DNA of 64,000 bases from the IMG/VR virus record IMGVR_UViG_3300047089_000307, positions 94,652-158,651 of that record; one strand, 5' to 3'. Each line of letters begins with the position of its first letter. Positions within the stretch are counted from its first letter, which is position 1. The position numbers were made by a program, and so were the translations under genes. The notes below the pieces were generated by a model. That model worked only from the letters and a program-made list of their open reading frames with translations, did no database searches and had not been told where the DNA came from. Below are positions 20,204 to 30,100 of the stretch, piece by piece. The DNA is from a virus.

Positions 20204-20892
20204 AGGACTATCTCCTTGACCTCGGCGTCGTCCGGCACCCGGAACGTGCCGTAGGAGCCAGTATTGGATTCCTTGCTGGCCGGGCGCCACTCGCCGATGC
20301 CCGCGAAGCCGGCGGCGTCCACCAGCGCGATGACGGACTCCAGCGTCAGCGAGTTGCGCACCCAGACCACCTCCAGCACCGCCGACCACGGCCAGTACTC
20401 CGGCCGGAAGCGGATGTCGGCGACGCCGGTCTCGTTGCGCGCGTAGTCCTGGCGCATCACCGCGGTGGCCGGGACGAGCGCCGACTCCTCGCCGGTCCAC
20501 TCCCCCCAGACGGGGACCAGCAGCGTGCGGTTCGCCTGGTCGGTGCCCGGCTCGCCGTTGACGAAGATCATCCGGCGCAGGTCCGTCATGGGCAGCTTGG
20601 AGCCCTTGAAGAACCGGGCCGCGTCCACGATGGCGGCCTTGAAGCCGACCGAGGGGAACGCGGGGGCGCCGCCGGGGAGCAGGTGCTGGGCGTCGCGGAA
20701 GTTCTGCTCCGGGTCCTTCGGCTGGCGCTCGACGGGCTTGCCCATCTGCCGGTCGAGCATGATCTGCTGGGCCTTGGCGCTGAACTTGTTGGTGATGAGC
20801 GGGGTGAGGCCCTGGACGGGCACCCGGATCATGGAGCGGCCGAGCCGCTGGAGCGAGATCGCGCCCGTGGTGGTGGCCTTCGCTGGGGGCAT
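20200..20892 (-). CDS. stand-alone Cas7/RAMP-like protein (Vipr-like effector)
   Basis: V.GLTPLI, FPSVGFKAAIVDAA, RPEYWPW and C-terminal G-rich loop AGFAGIGEWRP...GSYGTFRV typical of the RAMP fold; no other cas genes. Confidence 0.8.
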   Translation of the reverse strand: MPPAKATTTGAISLQRLGRSMIRVPVQGLTPLITNKFSAKAQQIMLDRQMGKPVERQPKDPEQNFRDAQHLLPGGAPAFPSVGFKAAIVDAARFFKGSKLPMTDLRRMIFVNGEPGTDQANRTLLVPVWGEWTGEESALVPATAVMRQDYARNETGVADIRFRPEYWPWSAVLEVVWVRNSLTLESVIALVDAAGFAGIGEWRPASKESNTGSYGTFRVPDDAEVKEIVL

Positions 20893-21850
20893 CAGGCTTC
20901 CCTTTCTTCTTTACATGGACTGACTGATACCCCACGATACTCTAAGACTGCTATCCTGGACTACATGAGCACTAAGGGCATGAAGGGTCACGGGGGCATC
21001 GATCCGTATGCAGGCAACGGCTGGTCCTCCCTGTACTGCCACGACTGTGAGCAAACCTGCTCCCCGGCTAGCCCGTGCGACCACTGCGAGCCGGAGGTCT
21101 GCACCAGCAAGGGCCGCGTGATCTACCGGGGGCCTGAGCGAGTGCAGGGGACAGGGGGATGGGAGCGCGAGCCGTGAGCTACCAGGGCAGCAACCGCAAT
21201 GACGAGAAGGCACCGGATGAGGTGACGGGCACGCTGCTGGTCACGGTCACCGTATACGGCGGGACGCTGGCGGACGCGGCGACCGCGCTGTCCAGTTACC
21301 GGGGCAAGGGCTGGGGCCGGGAGATGACCGACCTGCTAAATGGCGGGGAGTTCGAGGTCATCGCCGCTGACGTCGCTAAGGACGTCACGGCCGGCGACGC
21401 TGATCCTGACGTCATGAGCGAGCAGGAGCTGCGCGAGGAGATCACCCGGGTCGTCCTCGCGCAGCGAGCAGACTGCGCGGAGCACCCGATGCCGTTCCCG
21501 CGGCCGTCGTGCTGGGCGTGCGCCCGCAACGGGGCCTTCCACCGGGCGGCGCTGCTCGCGGCGGGCCGCTGGCCGGCCGCTGACCCGGTGACGTACGTGC
21601 TGCCCGCTCAGCCGGGCCGCTGGCCGGCCGCTGACCCGGAAGGAGCTGATGACGAGACGGCCGCGCCAGCCAGGCACAAGGCACGCGTGCGCAGCACCGG
21701 CCTGCGCTATGACGGCGTGCGGCTGTGGCGCTGGGCCTGCCCGCACTGGGACCAGGGCCGGAACCGGAACTGCCGCGGCGGCGACTACGGGTCCTGGGCC
21801 ATGGCCGTCCGTGACGCCGTCCGGCACGCCGGGTCAGGCGGCACGGCCTG

Positions 21851-22180
21851 GTGAGTAATCGCCACGGGCTGGCCCGGGACGGCTGGGGGCTGCCCGTCGC
21901 CGGGGACGGCTGGACGCTGACCGTGGAGCCGCTGCGCGGCCGTGACAAGTACGTCCGGTTCGCGCTGCGCGGGCCGGTCGCAAACGTGACGCCCGGCGAG
22001 CGGGCCGCGCTGCGGGTGTTCCAGGCACCGGGCGGCTGGCCGGCGATAGGCGTGGACGGCGGCATCGAGGTGAGCTGGGAAGAGGCGCAGCTGATCCGGG
22101 GCGGACGCGACCCGCGGCACGTGCTGTGGCCGCCGCTGCGGGCCCGGGCGCTGACGCTGGCGGAGATGATGAGCCGGTGA
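21851..22180 (+). CDS. paralog array member
   Basis: GDGWTL...LRARALTLAEMMSR. Confidence 0.8.
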   Translation: MSNRHGLARDGWGLPVAGDGWTLTVEPLRGRDKYVRFALRGPVANVTPGERAALRVFQAPGGWPAIGVDGGIEVSWEEAQLIRGGRDPRHVLWPPLRARALTLAEMMSR

Positions 22181-22500
22181 ACCGCCTGCTGCTCCCGGGC
22201 CCGCGGCCGTCAGGAAGCTACCCGGTGCCGGAGGAGTACGCGCAGCGACTGCTGCGCGCGGCCGGGTGCACCGGGGCGATGCTCCTGGGCTGGCGCGACG
22301 GGCTAGGGCCGCGCTGCCGGATGTGCGGCCGGGTCGCCGTCATCCCCACGGCCGCGCTCTGGGAGCGCATCGCGGGCTGGCGCGTCCCTGACCCCGCGTA
22401 CAGCATGCGCGAGCACGCCCGCTGGGCGCTGGCCGACCCGGAAGCCAGCCGCGCCGTCATGGCCGGGGGCGCGGTCCTGCTGGAGATGATGGCGAGATGA
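22177..22500 (+). CDS. hypothetical protein (degenerate LLEMMAR tail)
   Basis: GTGA overlaps; CxxC. Confidence 0.6.
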   Translation: MNRLLLPGPRPSGSYPVPEEYAQRLLRAAGCTGAMLLGWRDGLGPRCRMCGRVAVIPTAALWERIAGWRVPDPAYSMREHARWALADPEASRAVMAGGAVLLEMMAR

Positions 22501-22823
22501 CCGTGACGCGGGCGCGCGACGGCTGGACGCTGCACATCGAGAAGAGCCCGCCCGGCAGCCGTTTCGTGAACCGGACCTGGCTGGACGGGCTGGCCGTCAC
22601 CCGGGAGCAGGCGCATGCCATCATCACCGCGGGGGGCGCGGAGCGCACGTGGACGCTCGCGGGATACCACCAGGAGTGGCCGGCCCATGTGCTCATCCTG
22701 GACAGGGTCGGCGTGACCCGGGAGGAGTACCTGGCGATCCTGGGCGGGCGCGATCCGGTGAGCGTCCTCCTGCCGCTGCTGCGGGCCCGCGCGCTAACGC
22801 TGGCGGAGATGATGGCGCAGTGA
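22497..22823 (+). CDS. paralog array member
   Basis: ARDGWTL...LRARALTLAEMMAQ. Confidence 0.8.
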   Translation: MTVTRARDGWTLHIEKSPPGSRFVNRTWLDGLAVTREQAHAIITAGGAERTWTLAGYHQEWPAHVLILDRVGVTREEYLAILGGRDPVSVLLPLLRARALTLAEMMAQ

Positions 22824-23210
22824 CGATGACCCGGATGCTGGCGGCGGCGCACAGTCGCAATCACGACGAGCGTCCCGGCGACTGCGGCCGGAGCCGTTGC
22901 GGTCACCGGCACTACGACGCCTGGCGCGGGACTGGCGGAAGCCGCCTGCGCCGGCGCGGGCAGCGCGCCCGGGAGCGCCGCCTCGTCACCCGTGAGCTGG
23001 CGGAGCTGATGGCGCAGTGACGCAGGACATTACCCTGGCGGTCATCTCCGGCGCGGCCAGCGCGGTGATGCTCGTCCTGGCGCGCGGGATGTGGACGCAG
23101 GCGCTCCGCGACGCGGTGAACCTCCTCGGCGGCCTGCTGGCCGTGCTCTGCGTCGTGGCTGCCATCGGCGCGGCACTCACGGCAGGATGACCTGGAGATG
23201 ATGACGGGGG

Positions 23211-24467
23211 CTAGGCTGCCGAGGGCAGATCATCTAGCCGGTCGACTTCAGCCTCTTCGCACATGTAAATTGCTGCCTTATGCCGACCAGCAGTCTCAAC
23301 GATGCCAGCAGCGTTTTTAGCTAGCATCTCTATCCGCTGACGATGCTGGCTAATCGTAGCCGTTCCCCAGGTAACCATCGTGCCGTCCCCGAGCGCGAAC
23401 CGGGTGCTGAGCAGCTCTTCCGTTACCTCGATCCGGGTCTTCCTTGCTACGTCAGCGATGAGCTCATCTGTCCGAAGCTTAACGGGACCTCCAGGGTAAA
23501 ACGTCTGAGCTAGCCACCAGTCGTCGGGCGTCCAGCTCTCAAGCGCTGTTACCCCGTGCTTAGAGCACAAACCGCCTGCGACGCTCGCGCGATGGCAATC
23601 CCTGGGCTTCTGCCCCTTCACCGTTAGCTGCCCGGTGCATTCACGACGACCATGCCTTTCACAGAGCCTGCTCGCCTCTCGGTTAACTTCGTTGCGAGCC
23701 AGCCGATCCCGGCGAGCCTCCTCGGTAAGAACTGCCATGTCCTCCCGCACCTGCTGAAACCACCCGTCAAACCGGCCTGCGCACCAGCGGTGAAAAGCCA
23801 GGCTTCCTGGGAAGGTCGAACCGCTGAAGTAATCAGGAAAATACGTGTGCAACCAGCTGATTTCTGTAGCAGGATCGTCATACAGGCACTGGAAGAATTC
23901 TTCACTGCCCGCCCTCGACTCCCGGTTCTTCTGCTCCCGCTCCGCTTCTTCGCGTTCCCGGTCCCTCACTTCCTGCTCCTGCTGGCCCCGCAAGGCACCG
24001 ATGGCCCTCCTGTAAGAGAGCGGAAAACCGGGGTTATCCTGGTATTGCTCCAGGAACTTTCGTGCTTGCGCGGCCACCTCTGCATTGTCGGAGTTCATGT
24101 CGTCTGTCAGCCGCTGGGAAGCTTCCTGAGCTTGCTGCTCATACTCACGTGCCCGTTCCTGCTCAGCTTCACGTCCTAGCCGCTGTCGCTCTTGCTCAGC
24201 TGCGCGGGCCTCTTGCATCCGCTTGACTGCCAGGCTTACGGCACGCTCCTCAGCTTCCCGGGCCAGTCGGCGGCGATGACTGACCACGAAGGTCGTCAGC
24301 ATGGAGATGGCGAATGCGCGAAGCTGCGGTACCTCCATTTCTGCTGCGATGTTTGCGCTCACCGTCCTCGGCTCCATGCCTGGATGCTCGTCGGCATGCT
24401 CCTCAGCCAGGGCGACATACCTGCGGTAAGCCTCTTCCGTGACCGTCTCCGTCATAGACCGCATCAT
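23211..24467 (-). CDS. hypothetical protein, lower GC (recently acquired)
   Basis: 418-aa ORF with a coiled-coil region and atypical codon usage, antisense to its neighbours. Confidence 0.7.
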   Translation of the reverse strand: MMRSMTETVTEEAYRRYVALAEEHADEHPGMEPRTVSANIAAEMEVPQLRAFAISMLTTFVVSHRRRLAREAEERAVSLAVKRMQEARAAEQERQRLGREAEQERAREYEQQAQEASQRLTDDMNSDNAEVAAQARKFLEQYQDNPGFPLSYRRAIGALRGQQEQEVRDREREEAEREQKNRESRAGSEEFFQCLYDDPATEISWLHTYFPDYFSGSTFPGSLAFHRWCAGRFDGWFQQVREDMAVLTEEARRDRLARNEVNREASRLCERHGRRECTGQLTVKGQKPRDCHRASVAGGLCSKHGVTALESWTPDDWWLAQTFYPGGPVKLRTDELIADVARKTRIEVTEELLSTRFALGDGTMVTWGTATISQHRQRIEMLAKNAAGIVETAGRHKAAIYMCEEAEVDRLDDLPSAA

Positions 24468-24725
24468 ACTCTCTGCCGCTCCGGGTCCTGAAGTATCTTA
24501 CGGTATGCTGGCGAGATGCATGGGACTCCTGACAAGTCAGTCAGCCGTCCGCGTCGCCGCTGGGCACCCGGCTCCACGGACGAGGAGCTGATGGCCGACA
24601 TTGAAGCCGCGCGCCGCGAGGATGAGGCTGACGGCGTCCTGGCCACCGCCCCGGAGAGCATTACCAGCAGCCAGGCTGCGCGGGTCGGCCGGCTCTTGCT
24701 CGCCGGGCCGCACCGGGGAGAGCCC

Positions 24726-25112
24726 GTGACCGAGACCCCCGCGATGCCTGGCAAGAGCCCGGACTGCCCGTTCTGCGACCGCGTCGCCAACGGCGAGTTC
24801 GACTACGAGGACAAGTTCAGCGTGGCGTTCCAGCCGCGCAACCCGGTCACGCCAGGTCATTTCCTTGTCGTCTCCCGCAAGCACGTGCCGAGCGCGCTGG
24901 AGGGCCCGCTGGACGCGAGCAGCGCTACCGGGCTGGCCGCCGAGCTCGCCCGGGACATGGGACTGACCGCGTGCAACATCATCACCTCCGCGGGAGCGGC
25001 GGCCACGCAGACGGTCATGCACCTGCACGTCCACGTCGTCCCGCGCCGCGACGGTGACGGCCTGGCGCTCCCGTGGACCGGCCAGCGCAAGGACGGGGCG
25101 GCGCGCTCGTGA
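24726..25112 (+). CDS. HIT-family nucleotide hydrolase
   Basis: CPFC, NPVTPGHFLVV, QTVMHLHVHVVPR. Confidence 0.9.
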   Translation: MTETPAMPGKSPDCPFCDRVANGEFDYEDKFSVAFQPRNPVTPGHFLVVSRKHVPSALEGPLDASSATGLAAELARDMGLTACNIITSAGAAATQTVMHLHVHVVPRRDGDGLALPWTGQRKDGAARS

Positions 25113-25330
25113 CCGAGGCCCGTGATGCCGTCCACAACGTCCAGTTGCCGGACGGCTCGCAGACGCTGCCGGGCGCTGCGCTGCTGGCGGGCGGCGCCGC
25201 CACCGTGCCACGACTCGTCCGCGCCCGGTTGTGGTACCTGGCGGGAGAGCGTACAAGTCGAGTCCGCACCGCAGCGGGAGGGTGGTTCGCGGCCGCACCC
25301 GGCGCGAAATGCCGGCCGGGAGTGGATGCG

Positions 25331-26737
25331 TCAGTAGGACCGACCGAGAATGGCGATTATTCCCGGCTCGTCGTCGGCGTCCGGCAGGCCGCCGTCCGGA
25401 CGGAACAGGCACCGTACGGAGACCCCGGAAGCGTTCGCCTTCGCTTCGCCGTCAAGTCCGACGCGGTCCCAGGGCACCCGCGCCCAACCAGACGCCGACG
25501 CCTCGATGGCCTCGTCCACCGTGGACACGTCGACGGTCTTCGCCTCGCGGTAGGCCAACGCCTCGTCGTACAGCGACTGCTGATCTTTCTCCAATGCGGC
25601 GACCACCGTCGACATCACATCGTCGAATACGACGGGCTCCTTCGTGCCACTGACTCGCCGCACCACCGTCACCCGGCCTTCGGCGATATCGCGGGGACCG
25701 ACCTCCACCCGAATCGGATAGCCCTTCAACTCGGCATCAATCGCCCGGCGCCCGTATGGCGTGTCGACCCGGTCGTCCAAGCTGACCCGGACGCCCGCAT
25801 CACGCAGTGCGTCCCGCAGCTTGTGCGCGGTGGCGACGACGCCTTCACCGGCCGTCACGGCCACCACGAGCGCTTGGATCGGGGCGAGGCGGGGTGGCAC
25901 CCGCAGACCGTTGTCGTCGCCGTGGCACATGATCATGCCGCCGACCATCCGCGTCGAGCTGCCCCATGACGTCGTGTTGCAGAACTCCTGCCCGCCGGAC
26001 GCGCTGGTGAACTTGATGTTGAAGGCGCGCGCGAAGTTCTCGGTGAACTCGTGCACGGTACCCATCTGCAGCGCCTTCCCGTCGCGCATCATGCCCTCGA
26101 ACGTGTAGGTGCAGGTCGCCCCGGCGAAGCGTTCCTTCACCGTCTTCCGGCCGAGAACGACTGGCATCGCGAGTACGTTGACCATGTAGTCCCGGTACAC
26201 CTCGTGCAGGATCCGGCGCGCGAACGCCCGGGAGTCGGCGAAGTCCACATGGGCGGTGTGGCCCTCTTGCCAGAGGAACTCAGACGTTCTCAGGAAGATC
26301 CGCGGCCGCATCTCCCAACGCACCACGTTCGCCCACTGGTTGAGTAGCAGCGGCAGGTCGCGATAGCTCGAAATCCACTTGGCCATCATTTCGCCGAACA
26401 TCGTTTCGCTCGTGGGGCGCACGACCACGGGTTCGGGCAGTTCCTTGCCGCCGGCGTGTGTCACGAGGGTGAGCTCCGGGCTGAAGCCCTCCACGTGTTC
26501 CGCCTCGCGTGCGAAGTAGTTCTCCGGAACAAACAGCGGGAAGTACACGTTTTGTGCTCCGGTCGCCTTGATCCGCGCCTCGACCTCGGCCACCATCCGC
26601 TCCCAGATCGCATAGCCGGCCGGGCGTACCACCATGGTCCCGCGCACCGGCCCGTTGTCGGCCAGTTCGGCCTTCGCGATCACATCCTGGTACCAGCGGG
26701 GAAAGTCTTCGCCTTGAGGAGTAAGTACTTGCGCCAT
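25331..26737 (-). CDS. proS: prolyl-tRNA synthetase (archaeal/eukaryotic-like type)
   Basis: FPRWYQDVIAKAELAD.GPVRGTMVVRP, VVRPTSE, NQWANVVRWE, FLRTSEFLWQEGHT, ERFAGA, SWGSSTR, HGDD.GL, C-terminal GRSY; likely start MAQVLTP. Confidence 0.95.
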   Translation of the reverse strand: MAQVLTPQGEDFPRWYQDVIAKAELADNGPVRGTMVVRPAGYAIWERMVAEVEARIKATGAQNVYFPLFVPENYFAREAEHVEGFSPELTLVTHAGGKELPEPVVVRPTSETMFGEMMAKWISSYRDLPLLLNQWANVVRWEMRPRIFLRTSEFLWQEGHTAHVDFADSRAFARRILHEVYRDYMVNVLAMPVVLGRKTVKERFAGATCTYTFEGMMRDGKALQMGTVHEFTENFARAFNIKFTSASGGQEFCNTTSWGSSTRMVGGMIMCHGDDNGLRVPPRLAPIQALVVAVTAGEGVVATAHKLRDALRDAGVRVSLDDRVDTPYGRRAIDAELKGYPIRVEVGPRDIAEGRVTVVRRVSGTKEPVVFDDVMSTVVAALEKDQQSLYDEALAYREAKTVDVSTVDEAIEASASGWARVPWDRVGLDGEAKANASGVSVRCLFRPDGGLPDADDEPGIIAILGRSY

Positions 26738-26909
26738 GACCGCAAAGCGTACCCTGCTCAACTTCTTGTTAAAGACTTTTACAGACAGTAATACTGATTG
26801 CCTGGTCATGAGCACACGCCTGGCGTCGACAACCACGACCCCAACAGACCTGCGGGAACCTTGCGATTCTCCTTGCACCGCCTCGTGCACGCGGAGTACG
26901 TTCGGGGCC

Positions 26910-27098
26910 ATGTCGCTCCTCGCGCCCCCGCTCGTCTCCCTGGCCCGGAAGAAGGCCGCCTACACCAGGCATTACGGCAGCGAGGACGAGCGCGCCCTGG
27001 CCGCGGCCTCGCAGCTGCGCGTGGCCCGCCTGCTGGCCGAGATCGACAGCCTTACCCAGGACGAGCGCACGCAGCTGCTCGCCGCGCTGACCGCGTAA
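26910..27098 (+). CDS. small hypothetical protein upstream of the primase gene
   Basis: MSLLAPPLVSLARKKAAYTRHYG...; high GC3. Confidence 0.5.
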   Translation: MSLLAPPLVSLARKKAAYTRHYGSEDERALAAASQLRVARLLAEIDSLTQDERTQLLAALTA

Positions 27099-27185
27099 CA
27101 TCACCAGCGCGCAGCCGCTCACGCGCGGGCGCGAGACACCCCGCACCCTGCCAGGGGAGGACCACGCCGTGAGCGGAGCCACCAC

Positions 27186-30100
27186 ATGAGCGCGACGGGC
27201 GGGGCAGGAGTGTTCTCCGGTGCCGCCGCGGACTACGTCCTGGCCGGCTGGCCGTGCGTGATCCCGGTCCCGCCGGACGCCAAGTTCCCCCCGCCGGCGG
27301 GATTCACCGGGGCCACCGGGACGGACACCACCACCGAGGACATCGTGGGCTGGGCCGGCAACGGGATGTCCGGGTTCTCCGTCGCGCTGCGGATGCCGGA
27401 CGGCGTCATCGGCATCGACGTGGACGACTACGTGAAGAACGGCACCGTCAAGGCCGGCGCCGCCACGCTGGCGCAGCTTGAGGCGGAGCTGGGCGCGCTG
27501 CCGCCGACCTGGTCCTCGACCGCGCGGGGCACGCCGGCCGGGCCCGGGCTGTCCCGCATCATGTTCTTCCGGGTGCCCGCCGGCCGCTACGCCACCCGGT
27601 GCGGCGCCGACATCGACGTCATCCAGCGCCATCACCGCTACGCCGTGGTCGCGCCGTCCCCGCACGCCGGCGCCGGCGCCCGCTACCGCTGGTACCGCCC
27701 GGACGGCACGCCCGCCATGGACGGGGAGGTACCGCGGCCGGGCGACTTCCCGCTGCTGCCGGACTCCTGGGCCAAGCGGCTGGCGGAAGGCGCCACCACT
27801 GCCGGGCCGCCGCCCGCTGACCCCGCCAGCGGGCGGGCGCTGCTGGACTGGCTGCTCGCAGACCAGCGGATGCCGTGCGCGGAAGCCGACGAGGCGGGGC
27901 GCGCGGCGGCGGCCGAGCTGGCAGGAGCCCCGGCCGGCTCGCGGCACGACGCGATGACCGGGCACGTCTACCACGTCATCGCCCTCGGCGCGGAGGGCCA
28001 CGCGGGGGCCGGGTCGGTGCTGGGCTGGCTGGAGCAGCGCTGGGAGGAGCTGACCGGGGCGGAGAACCGCGGCGGGGAGTTCGACCGGATGCTGTTCACC
28101 GCCGCGCGCAAGGCGGCGGGCCGGGCGATCCCCGACCCGTACGCCGACCCGTGCATGGACGCCCGGCCGCTGGGCTGGGACGCGCTGGCCGCCCCGCTGG
28201 ACGACGACGCCAGCGCCGACGACGCGCTGGAGGCGCCGGCCCAGTGGTCACCGAGGCACGCCTGGGGCGCGCACCTGTTCGCCACCTCCGCCCAGCTGGA
28301 CTCGGTGCTGGCCCGCGACATCCTCATGCGCACCTACCCCGGGCTGCGCTACGCCGCCGACGCCGGGACCTGGCTGCTGCGCGGCCCGCTGCGCTGGGAG
28401 GCCCGGCCGGGCGAGCAGGCCCGCTGGGCGGTGGAGGAGATGTTCTGGCTGCTGCCGCGCGGTGACTCAGGAGCCCCGGAGGGCACCGAGCCGCACGAGC
28501 AGGCCAAGCGGCGCGCCCGGTTCGGCACCAACGCCGGGGCCGGCGCCATCGCGGCCAAGATGACGGCCCAGGTGATGGGCGGGCACCACCCGTGCTCGCT
28601 GGACATGGCCGGCCTGGACCATGACGCCGAGATCCTGTGGGCCGGCGGCTACCCCTACGACCTGCGGGCCTGCGGGAGCGGCCCGGTGCAGGCCGCGCTG
28701 AGCCTGGAGACCGTGCACATGCACAGCGCCGGGTGCGCGCCGCGGCGGGGGGCGACGCCGCTGTGGGATGCCTTCCTGGCAGCCGTCTGGCCAGATCCGG
28801 AGGTGCGCGCGTGGGCCGTCCGGGTGCTGGCGGTCACGCTGACCGGGTACAGCGACAAGGCGCTGCCGATCCTGCTCGGGCCGACCAACCGGGGCAAGAC
28901 GCAGGTGATCGCGCTGCTGATGTCGGTGCTGGGCAGTTACGCGCACGCGGCCGACCCGCGGCTGCTGGCCCCGGCCGACCGCAGCCACGCCTCCATCGTG
29001 CACGCGCTGAAGGGGCGCCGCTGCTCGTTCATCGATGAGGCGCCCCGGTCCGGGCAGCAGGCCCAGGAGCGGCTCAAGCAGCTGACCGGCGGCGGGGAGC
29101 TGACCGGCAACCGGATGGCCGAGAACCCGATCACCTTCAAGCCCACGCACACGCTCATCCTGACGGCCAACCCCGGGTCGGAGCCGAAGCTCACGGACGG
29201 GGCCGTGCGCAGCCGGGTGCGGCTCATCCCGTGCGAGGGCGACCCCGAGGCGGTGCGCGCGGCCCGCGCGGCGATCGGCCCGCTGGCCGGCCCGGCCTGG
29301 CGCGCGGAGGCGCCGGCGGTGCTGGCGATGATGATGGCGCAGGCCGCCGCGTGGCTGGCGGACCCGGAGTCGGCCTCCACCGAGCGGGCGCCGCTGTGCG
29401 TGCGCGCGGCGGCGGACACCGCGGCAGCCGCGCAGGACCTGGCGTACGCGTGGCTGACCGAGGAGTGCGAGCACTGGGAGGCGGGCACGAAGGCGGGCCA
29501 GCTGTACCAGGAGTTCGTCGCCTGGTGCCGCCGGGTCAACGTCGCCCCGCATGACATCCCCAAGATGACGGCGTGGGGACTGCGCCTCAATGACCTGGGG
29601 TACCTGCCGCAGAAGCGCCGCGACGCCAATTACCGGCAGCTGCGCGTCCGCCTGGGCGGCTACGACGGCGGCCTCGCACCCTCCACGGTGCCCACGGCAG
29701 CACCCTCCGCGGTGCCCGCGGCAGCGCCCGTACCCTCCACACTGCCCTCCGCGGGACTCGCTGCGCCCGTACCCTCCACGGTGCCCACGGCCGGGAATCC
29801 GGCTGCAACTCCCGCGGTGCCCGCTGCACCCCCCGCGACGGTGGAGGGTACGGCTCCTGTGGAGGGTCTGGTGGAGGGTACGTGGAGGGTTGACGGCAAA
29901 CCCTCCACACTGCAAAACCCCAGGTCAAACCCTCCACAACTATCCACTGTGGAGGGTGTGGATACCCTATCGCCTGTTATACGCACGCACACACGCACAC
30001 ACACACACACACACGTAAGTGAATACCATCCAACCCTCCACACTCTCCACAACCCTCCCCCACCTGCGGAAACGCATTTTGAACCCTCCACAGACCCTCC

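Noticed and set aside
19736-20935. 399-aa ORF as given in the track
   Set aside because: Its N-terminal part overlaps the Cas7-like gene out of frame; the real start is GTG 20203 with RBS and GTGA coupling
26738-26911. N-terminal extension of ProRS
   Set aside because: Family resemblance begins at MAQVLTP; the upstream part looks intergenic
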